This document shows, one piece after another, positions 44,101 to 48,616 of a stretch of 64,000 nucleotides of DNA; positions within the stretch are counted from its first letter, which is position 1, and the number at the start of each line of letters is the position of its first letter. The stretch covers positions 91,172 through 155,171 of the forward strand of contig CAZYMH010000003.1 of assembly GCA_964648105.1 (NCBI GenBank). Direction: 5' to 3'. A program made the translations under genes and the position numbers. The stretch is from an uncultured Candidatus Saccharibacteria bacterium. GTDB taxonomy: Bacteria > Patescibacteriota > Saccharimonadia > Saccharimonadales > 2-12-FULL-41-12. Under the pieces are notes generated by a model, which ran no database searches, was not told the DNA's origin, and worked only from the letters and a program-made list of their open reading frames with translations.

Positions 44101-46698
44101 CCCAGTAACTGTTCCGTTAAATATCTCTGCTGATGTAACACCACCCGTTGCAATAGTTACGGCACCAGAAGTTACTGAGAAGTTAGATGAGCTAAAGCTA
44201 GCAATACCTTTAGCAGCCGTTGTTGCATCATCAATTGTTATATTACTGCCAGAGCCAGTTGCATTAGAGATTGTCAAACTACCAGACAGCCCATCCAAAC
44301 TTACAACTCCCCCACCGCCTCCACCACTTCCGGAGAGACATGTTCCAAAACTAAGATTACCAGCACTATCAGTTTTTAAACAATCTCCGTTCGAACCATC
44401 TGCATCCGGCAATCTAAATACTAAATTCGATGATGGATTAGAGTTAGGCGATTGAAGAGAAACAGTGTTAACTCCCGAGTTGTTATAAAAAGTAACAGAG
44501 CCATCGTTTGTGCTAGCCGTTCCAACCGCCAAGCTATTAGCACCTTGTAAAATCAAGTTACCGTTAGCAGTTAAAGTTGAGCCACTTTGGCTCACTATCG
44601 AGTCACCAATTGAACTGGCGCCACTAAATAACGCAAGATAGCCCGTGGTTCCACCTGCCGTAGTTACACCGCCACCTGAGCCAGCACAGTTGCCAGTTGA
44701 GAGACAAATTGTAGCTGATGCTAGACCAGGATCAGGAAGAGTGTAGGTAGTGTTTTGTCCAAGTGCAGCCGTCTGTAAAGTCCCAGTATTACTTGACCCA
44801 TCATAAATAACCACACCACCGGCAACAGACGTTGTGCCAAAAGTTCCTGTGCCGCCTTGCGCTGTAAGATTACCTGTCAAAGTTAAATTACTAAATTGTG
44901 GAGAAGATGTAGTATTTAGGTCCTGAGGTAATGAAAGTGTAATTGTATTTGAACTGTTATTTACACTAACCTGGTTTGCTGTTCCTTGAATTGCTACTGC
45001 TCCTGTAAATGTATTTACAGAGCTTACTCCACCAGAACCAGGACAAGCAGACCAAGTAGGTGCACCAGCAGTTGATGTTAAACAAAGACCAGTTCCACCA
45101 GCAACAACAGAACTAATTGCTCCCGTTCCGTTTCCAATTAGCACTCCATTTGCACCTAGAGTAGTAGCACCTGTTCCACCCTGTCCAACGCTTAGTGCTG
45201 TAGTAAGCCCAGTTAAGCTTGTTATATCTGAGTTAGCTCCAGAAGCTGCAGCACCAAGATTACTTCTTGCTCCAGAAGCATTACTTGAACCTGTACCACC
45301 GTTTGTTACAGAAAGATTATTTGTAAATAATGTAGCACTGTTACGATCAACAGATCCAGAAGATAGGACGCCTCCGGAAGAGCTTTGAACTAAGCCGGCA
45401 CCAAATGAGGTTAATGTTAGACCGCTAAAAGTAGGAGTTGAATTTGTATTAATATCTTGGGGTAAAGAAAGGGTTATGACTCCAGAGTTATTATTAACAT
45501 TTAGTTGGTTGGTTGTTCCGTTAATAGTTACAGCGTTAGTAAAGGTATTTAGGCTAGAAACCCCGCTGGCATTAGCCGTTAGGGTATTACCAGAAAGCGT
45601 TAAGCCAGAACCAATAGTCACAGAACCAGTAGCTGTGTTCGCACCTTGAGTAAGATTGTTAATCATCGATGGCACTCCAGTTAATCGAGCAAAAGGTACA
45701 TTCCCGACAGTCAAGATACCTGAATTATTTACTACCCACCTATCAGTGCCGTTTTGTTGAATCTGAAGTAAATTACCTGAGCCTGTTTTGTCGATGAAAA
45801 TACTCGAAAAATTAGAAGCATCAGTTTGAGCAACTGTTGGCCCTAAGGCTACGGAACCAGAAGTACCAGAACCTACTTGAGAAATTGTATAGTTACCATT
45901 GCCATCTTCTGTTATCGTCAACAAACTAGGTGAACCTGAGACTAAAGTCATAGATGAGGCTACGGCACCGCTGTTTACAGCTAGTCCTCTGCCAAGCGGA
46001 ACATTGCCAGTTAGTCCACCAACACTAGTAACGCCGTTGTTAGATATTTGGGTACCGTTAATTCCGATGCCATTGCCGCCTGTAAACACTACATTGCCAG
46101 ACTGACCTTGCACTGAAGTTACTGGACTGGATGTTGGAGTAGAGTTGAGAGTTTCGGCAGACAGTAAATTACCTTGAAGTCGAAGACCAGAACCAATCAC
46201 CACTCCTCCTGCTACCCCTGCTATATAGCCGTTATTTCCACCCGAAGATATCTCTTTGAAGTTTTCCCCATCGTAGTAATAAATTTTCTTGTCTTGGTTG
46301 TTTAAATAAATCTGGCCAGAAATCGGAGAATTTGGAGTATTCGATGGCTTTAAAACTAGACCTCCGTTAACCGTCAAATTGCCATTCACATCTAACTGAC
46401 CTAATTGACCTAAATTAAGCTGATCAAGAGCAACTTTTGAGAATTGCGATGATGCTTGTTTGCTAACGGTATTTTTGTTGGACTGACCGTTATTAAACGT
46501 CTTCATAACAATCCAGCCAATTCCTGAAATAAGAACTAATGCTAGTACTGCGGCTAAAGTGGTATATACCGAAAATCGCGTCTCATTTTTTTTCGATAAA
46601 TTAAGATCTTGTTGAGTATAACTTGCAATATTTTTATCAAGTACTTCCGAATCGAGGGTAGTTTCTAGGCTATTAAAACCGTCCTTGTTATCAAACAT
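35110..46698 (-). CDS. Giant (about 3,862 aa) membrane-anchored mosaic surface protein with tail-fibre-like repeats and three beta-propeller-type arrays
   Basis: One uninterrupted ORF (the track gives 3,870 aa from TTG 46722; ATG 46698 is preferred). N-terminal TM (YTTLAAVLALVLISGIGWIVM). Gly/Thr/Ser/Asn-rich fibre repeats include NGGTGSSNASGARSNLG and GANSDITSLTGL motifs. See the sub-features and findings. Confidence 0.9.
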   Translation of the reverse strand: MFDNKDGFNSLETTLDSEVLDKNIASYTQQDLNLSKKNETRFSVYTTLAAVLALVLISGIGWIVMKTFNNGQSNKNTVSKQASSQFSKVALDQLNLGQLGQLDVNGNLTVNGGLVLKPSNTPNSPISGQIYLNNQDKKIYYYDGENFKEISSGGNNGYIAGVAGGVVIGSGLRLQGNLLSAETLNSTPTSSPVTSVQGQSGNVVFTGGNGIGINGTQISNNGVTSVGGLTGNVPLGRGLAVNSGAVASSMTLVSGSPSLLTITEDGNGNYTISQVGSGTSGSVALGPTVAQTDASNFSSIFIDKTGSGNLLQIQQNGTDRWVVNNSGILTVGNVPFARLTGVPSMINNLTQGANTATGSVTIGSGLTLSGNTLTANASGVSSLNTFTNAVTINGTTNQLNVNNNSGVITLSLPQDINTNSTPTFSGLTLTSFGAGLVQSSSGGVLSSGSVDRNSATLFTNNLSVTNGGTGSSNASGARSNLGAAASGANSDITSLTGLTTALSVGQGGTGATTLGANGVLIGNGTGAISSVVAGGTGLCLTSTAGAPTWSACPGSGGVSSVNTFTGAVAIQGTANQVSVNNSSNTITLSLPQDLNTTSSPQFSNLTLTGNLTAQGGTGTFGTTSVAGGVVIYDGSSNTGTLQTAALGQNTTYTLPDPGLASATICLSTGNCAGSGGGVTTAGGTTGYLALFSGASSIGDSIVSQSGSTLTANGNLILQGANSLAVGTASTNDGSVTFYNNSGVNTVSLQSPNSNPSSNLVFRLPDADGSNGDCLKTDSAGNLSFGTCLSGSGGGGGGVVSLDGLSGSLTISNATGSGSNITIDDATTAAKGIASFSSSNFSVTSGAVTIATGGVTSAEIFNGTVTGTDIASSTVANSNLVNSSLTVTAGTGLSGGGSVALGSSTTLNVVYGSSAGNAVQGDTSLVCASGTGNLSGGGNTITLGSGGTCGNISIVNNPTFTTSVTTAQLIMTGAGSNGTLQVANLGQATAYTLPDPGVGTATICLSTGNCAGSGTGVTTAGGTTNALAKFTGSQAIGDSNISDNGTTVTIGSALNVTGAVTLSSPLTVANGGTGATTLGANGVLLGNGTSAISSLVAGGSGLCLTSTAGAPIWSACPGSGGSVSDLNTFTGSITIQGTTNQINVSNSTNTITLSTPQNINTGASPQFSGLTLTSDLAVNGSAITTTSTGTMTIFNTNAVGIDIGGAVDATGIDFAGGSASTGCTIDGSNGNLTCTGNITGGSTGTNGYFSRTGTTLSPANAGDNITTSGNLSTTGSGTITSAGVLTVSSGGISVTGNSTISGTLSGLTGLTVASGGATITGGIDNNSGGITEAGAVSGASTITASSTINTTGGALQTNSTDRITNSGGLTNITGYSQTSGSFAFSGAGAFSLDSSNFDVTSGGVLSGITGLTMASGNFVQNGTGTFGTGTGAVSLNGATTVSTTLAVTGVTSANGGLNTIYTRNNAGEQDSAASSGWRNIGTFAGTGSGARFKIDILGSSGYGQAQTDHGETTIIGSIANNSSALVANIQGSWYSVGGNRIVTDVKFVENGSRNTYDVYANFGTFSMHSVHVQTSRGTWTNAFSSVADPGADSASVKQAVNTYGLTATTASLTGNFTLTGTILNSTGNLVLDDTVDIGSSANGIRIDTAGSISDINGDIVLNDQVQVGGANGINITTAGVITDLNDASVTIGENLTISSGGATITGGIDNNSGGITEAGAVSGASTITASSTINTTGGALQTNSTDRITNSGGLTNITGYSQTSGSFAFSGAGAFSLDSSNFDVTSGGVLSGITGLTMASGNFVQNGTGTFGTGTGAVSLNGATTVSTTLAVTGVTSANGGLNTIYTRNNAGEQDSAASSGWRNIGTFAGTGSGARFKIDILGSSGYGQAQTDHGETTIIGSIANNSSALVANIQGSWYSVGGNRIVTDVKFVENGSRNTYDVYANFGTFSMHSVHVQTSRGTWTNAFSSVADPGADSASVKQAVNTYGLTATTASLTGNFTLTGTILNSTGNLVLDDTVDIGSSANGIRIDTAGSISDINGDIVLNDQVQVGGANGINITTAGVITDLNDSSVAFGEDISVTGAGTFSGNLAVNGASITTTSTGTANLFNTNAVGLNIGGDVNATGILFAGGSASTGCTINGANGNLTCSGTVSGSTAYLAKNSNDTSSASFLGTLYSFTNTNAGAASVLSLQNSGTGATLQVTPSGNTSNSSSTGGAINLNNTNNTGAGLVIYSDQAAPTGPLLSVRADNVGFSQSAIYTSYDGTANAVNIVNTGTGASNGALNVTSSNASESTLKVSGSETGRGTIKVSHTGTGTDGNASAISIDLQGVGTAAQGIFIDATDGGTTGKILNLRNNGVELMTFDASGNLGLGTSGTNTAKLDVRGNALFRNVTNTTTAFAIQNATSGSLFNIDSTNGGGISLLANNSGALHTWTTNSNSLTASTSNAGTAYANGYVYVVGGDSAGITTKVEYAKVNANGSLGSFATSTVLPAAREDIMVVASNGYLYAIGGNLSATAQTTSYVAKLNKDGTISDWVATTALPAGRYASGVVAYNGYIYIVGGSSTASAVGDTYYAKQNADGTLGAWTLSANVFPAAAVRRGVNVTVANGYLYAVGGQSGTTSQDDLYYSKISTTNGSIGTWTAEADLLPGNRAWGALQVANGYLYYYGGWDGAAATNSVYYTQLNSDGTTTAWTTNTNNLPATRSDMMSFAYNGYLYSLGGSTSAVYYVSTPRITLGGGLDLVSLSGENLSEGGTGGSLTAGNTSIVGTLDVQQQANFWDNLFVNGSVNVVGGINVSGKTITSAIATVTTGGGLSNGVEGIAIQGKYAYVASYDESDLDVVDITDPKNPVVISSTDFSAAGINPEHVAVKGNYAYMPMSSSDVLAVIDISNPYAPTLVDSIATGDYPTFVAVSGQYAFVLNDFLGDSIYVYNIADPTNISLVSTFSTNINNPKKAFIKGQYMYVAQNNATSPLNIIDISNPSALASVDVEATATAGLALAVNGSYAYVSDDVSSIYVMNISNPSAIVEVTSVFSDAGVEDLVVQGRRMYGISNQGATSKLVTFDISNPALPVLIESVTTGNDPWHFAISGRYAYVPNYTNDQLQVFDLGEAYVQQLETGAIQSTTINVQDVTIYNNTTIGGSLTVAGAAQFQGDISVLGKSTFNGDLIASVAPTQSSSTQTTTSTQTTGDVGNQTRVALGTDGFAVISHYSFVSATEADMILTKCSNTACSTSTSVTIDGGSSSNNYGTYNDVAIGADGYPVIAYHDDTNDDLKVAKCSTADCSGTVTITSVDTTNDTGKFVSIAIAPDGNPVISYRLATSGDLRYTRCGNSACSSGNTTTSIETTNDVGWDSNVAISSDGLPIIVHYDQTNGDGRVFKCGNLNCTAGNTASAYDSTNDTGEYAHIVIGSDGLPFIAYNLFTNRALRVTKCGDTACASGNVSTTVDDVANNVAYFPRVAVGPDGFPIIIHQDESGNDVKVLKCGNLACSTGNTSTTVETTNDVGQESDIAIMPNGLPLLVYNDETNDDLRVTLCANNLCSQTSGGVFSGGVNIGSVGNYFNNVYAVNYYGKSFSIANFDLAEEYTVEDQSIMAGEIVAINPASGKLKRASSSDRENILGIVSTSPGLALRDYEANRTDTRLVALVGRVPLKIKGTVTAGDPITISASDGVGEKATKEGLIVGRALTSSTGATVEIFVQTQYYVPMVDLQGTEFAQLSNLTIGGTLKANSLEVSNNAVFNGNIIVFGHFITDGNTPAAQLATGINLGSNTTPPVVSVEGNDISGTVKIDTTGMTSAFTPGQTVKITFHTPYLKKPKIFLEPSNNNAENITVFKDISQTEFTIKITNQLAPNKIYEFDYLAVQ
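35584..35976 (-). other. Module near the giant protein C-terminus, paralogous to residues ~35-144 of ORF 46963-47739
   Basis: FDLAEEYTVEDQSIMAGEIVAI...ILGIVSTSPG...VALVGRVPLKIKGTVTAGDPITISASDGVGEKATKEGLIVGRALTSS. It aligns by eye with the upstream gene product. Confidence 0.6.
36075..37110 (-). repeat. Seven ~45-aa repeats with a DG-P-I...dL.v.kC....C motif (propeller-like, Cys pair per blade)
   Basis: For example DGYPVIAYHDDTNDDLKVAKCSTADCSG, DGNPVISYRLATSGDLRYTRCGNSACSS, DGLPIIVHYDQTNGDGRVFKCGNLNCTA, DGFPIIIHQDESGNDVKVLKCGNLACST. Confidence 0.7.
37360..38262 (-). repeat. Seven LVIVD-type repeats (beta-propeller)
   Basis: GKYAYVASYDESDLDVVDITDPKNP, GNYAYMPMSSSDVLAVIDISNPYAP, GQYAFVLNDFLGDSIYVYNIADPTN, GQYMYVAQNNATSPLNIIDISNPSA, GSYAYVSDDVSSIYVMNISNPSA, GRRMYGISNQGATSKLVTFDISNPAL, GRYAYVPNYTNDQLQVFDL. 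Confidence 0.7.
38484..39420 (-). repeat. Six Kelch-like blades
   Basis: Six NGY[VIL]Y..GG cores (ANGYVYVVGG, SNGYLYAIGG, YNGYIYIVGG, ANGYLYAVGG, ANGYLYYYGG, YNGYLYSLGG), spaced about 50 aa apart. Confidence 0.7.
40490..42764. repeat. Perfect in-frame tandem duplication, unit 1,155 bp (385 aa), about 1.97 copies
   Basis: 40490-41609 matched 41645-42764 (offset 1155) at every spot I checked. Antisense ORF peptides are identical (40571-40831 = 41726-41986; 41140-41346 = 42295-42501). Confidence 0.9.
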
Positions 46699-46962
46699 TT
46701 CGGACCCCTGTGAAAATAGCAAAAAATCCGATTTTTTTATGCAAAGCGGGTATATTAATTTGTATTATTTTTGCGAGATTTTTCACTTTGTTTTTTCAGT
46801 GCTTTGGTTTATTTTGCTGAAATTAGCTTACGCTTAAGTATTAATATACCCCTAAACAATATATTAATCAAATAATATAAAACAAGTTATCCACAACCAA
46901 AAAAAGTGTTCAATCAGGTCAAAAATTATATTTTTTGCTCTTCAATTTTGAATTATAAATTT

Positions 46963-47739
46963 TTACAATCTTAGAATAAAAAACATCAATCCAAAACTTA
47001 CAATCGCAACGATACAAACCATGATCATCACCTGAAACAAAACTCGTAAAATCGCAGGTTTAGCCATCGGGTTACGACCTGCCGCAACAAAGCTATTTTT
47101 TATTGATGAATAAGTCAAAACAATGATCGAAATAACCGCAATTATGGCTATTAGAAACAAAAATGCCATTTGCATAGCACTAACATTTTTTCCAGCTACA
47201 CTGCTTATCCAACCTGAATTAACATCGGTAACAGGAGCTATTCCAACCGCAATCAATAAAGCGACTTCACCTTCATTTTCGCTTGGTTTAGTTTGCTTTT
47301 CGCCGAATGAGCTTTCTGCAACCCCGATCACTGGTTGACCTTGCTTGGCCTTCGCTCCAATACCCGATTTATCACTAACACCAACCAAATCGCCTTGGCT
47401 GATTGGCCCATTCGATAAATTCACCCTCACTTTACTTCTACCAGCGATAGTTACTTGAACATTTTTTTCGTCCGAATTTCTGTCAATCGACGCTAATGCA
47501 TCGCCATCTTCGGTCGATACTCCTAACAGAGAGTTATTTAGTTTAGTGCTTGCAAGCTCAATCTTATCTGGTTGACCTGCAGAAATCGACACAATTCGAT
47601 TATTCTCGATTGGACTATCAGCTCTATACCACCGAGCTATATCCGAAGTAATTGCTAAAGCAAATGATGAGCTAAAATAGGCAAAAAGACCTAAAAAGCC
47701 AAAAATAAAGTATTTATTAGCTCTAACTTTTCTTAACAT
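46963..47739 (-). CDS. Membrane protein with an extracytoplasmic module paralogous to the giant protein's C-proximal module
   Basis: Signal/anchor (YFIFGFLGLFAYFSSSFALA), a module spanning 47308-47637 (WYRADSPIENNRIVSI...LLGVSTEDG...VTIAGRSKVRVNLSNGPISQGDLVGVSDKSGIGAKAKQGQPVIGVAESS), and two C-terminal TM spans. Confidence 0.65.
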   Translation of the reverse strand: MLRKVRANKYFIFGFLGLFAYFSSSFALAITSDIARWYRADSPIENNRIVSISAGQPDKIELASTKLNNSLLGVSTEDGDALASIDRNSDEKNVQVTIAGRSKVRVNLSNGPISQGDLVGVSDKSGIGAKAKQGQPVIGVAESSFGEKQTKPSENEGEVALLIAVGIAPVTDVNSGWISSVAGKNVSAMQMAFLFLIAIIAVISIIVLTYSSIKNSFVAAGRNPMAKPAILRVLFQVMIMVCIVAIVSFGLMFFILRL

Positions 47740-47846
47740 GCTAATGCGATTCCCATTAGCTTATAGTACCAAAAAACACTTCAAGTATAAATCTAGATTT
47801 TTACATAAATACTAGCCATTTAATACCAGTACTGTAATGCTTTTTA

Positions 47847-47878
47847 GTATAAAAAATACCAGATATATGTCTGGTATT
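47847..47878 (-). terminator. Intrinsic terminator after rplU
   Basis: Minus-strand RNA AAUACCAGA-CAUAUA-UCUGGUAUU forms a 9-bp stem (arms 47855-47863 and 47870-47878), followed by UUUUU. Confidence 0.6.
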
Positions 47879-47896
47879 GATTTAAACAAGTAAAAT

Positions 47897-48205
47897 TTAC
47901 TTTATCGATTCGATTTTGATTGTAGTCATTCGTTGACGATGTCCTTTAACAGTATGGACACGTTTTTTTGACTTATAGCGGATTGAAGTTACTTTATCTT
48001 GCATTACATCTTCTTCCACTATCTTAGCAGCAACGCTCACTCCACTGACATTTGGAGTACCGACGGTTGTTTTTTCTCCGTCGATTACTAACAATGCCTC
48101 AAATTTTAACTTCTCATTGGTGTTTTTAAGAAGTTCTACTGATAGAGTCTCACCTTCTGTAACAATGTACTGTTTGCCGCCAGTAGAAATTACTGCTTTT
48201 TTCAT
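47897..48205 (-). CDS. rplU: 50S ribosomal protein L21
   Basis: MKKAVISTGGKQYIVTEGETLSVE and a C-terminal KGHRQ. ACGAGGAAAAA SD. Confidence 0.95.
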   Translation of the reverse strand: MKKAVISTGGKQYIVTEGETLSVELLKNTNEKLKFEALLVIDGEKTTVGTPNVSGVSVAAKIVEEDVMQDKVTSIRYKSKKRVHTVKGHRQRMTTIKIESIK

Positions 48206-48295
48206 TTTTTCCTCGTACTTTATTGATTTAACAAATAGCTAACAATCATATTAACAGATTAGACACGTCTTGTAAAGGTATGTGATAAATCTATT

Positions 48296-48565
48296 TTAAT
48301 TGCGTAAGTAAGATATTACTTCATTAACTAAAGGTAACTGAGAGCCTTCAAAACTCTTTTGTAATTGTCCGTCATCTTTCAACACCAATATGGCTGGATA
48401 TTGAATTACGTCGTACAGCGAAGCTATAGACCAGCCATCTCTAGTGTCAATACTTATCATTTCTGGCTGTTTTACATCAGAAGCCCTCGAACTAAATTCT
48501 CTGATAAAAGAATTTATTTGAGTATCATGTTCAGAATTTGGTCTGTAAAGGACTACGATTTTCAT
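48296..48565 (-). CDS. Small thioredoxin-fold-like protein with no cysteines
   Basis: 89 aa with a beta-alpha-beta pattern (KIVVLYRPNSEH...YPAILVLKDDG) resembling Trx/Grx/NrdH. PNSEH occupies the position of CxxC. The protein contains no Cys. It lies downstream of nrdJ. Confidence 0.45.
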   Translation of the reverse strand: MKIVVLYRPNSEHDTQINSFIREFSSRASDVKQPEMISIDTRDGWSIASLYDVIQYPAILVLKDDGQLQKSFEGSQLPLVNEVISYLRN

Positions 48566-48616
48566 AGTTATTAAGCCAATTATAGCTTAATAACTACCAA
48601 ACTTTCAAATTCTATA

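Noticed and set aside
33604-47739. Diversity-generating retroelement or other hypervariation machinery targeting the giant protein
   Set aside because: No reverse transcriptase ORF, template/variable repeat pair with A-specific differences, or invertase/recombinase gene is visible in or next to the locus.
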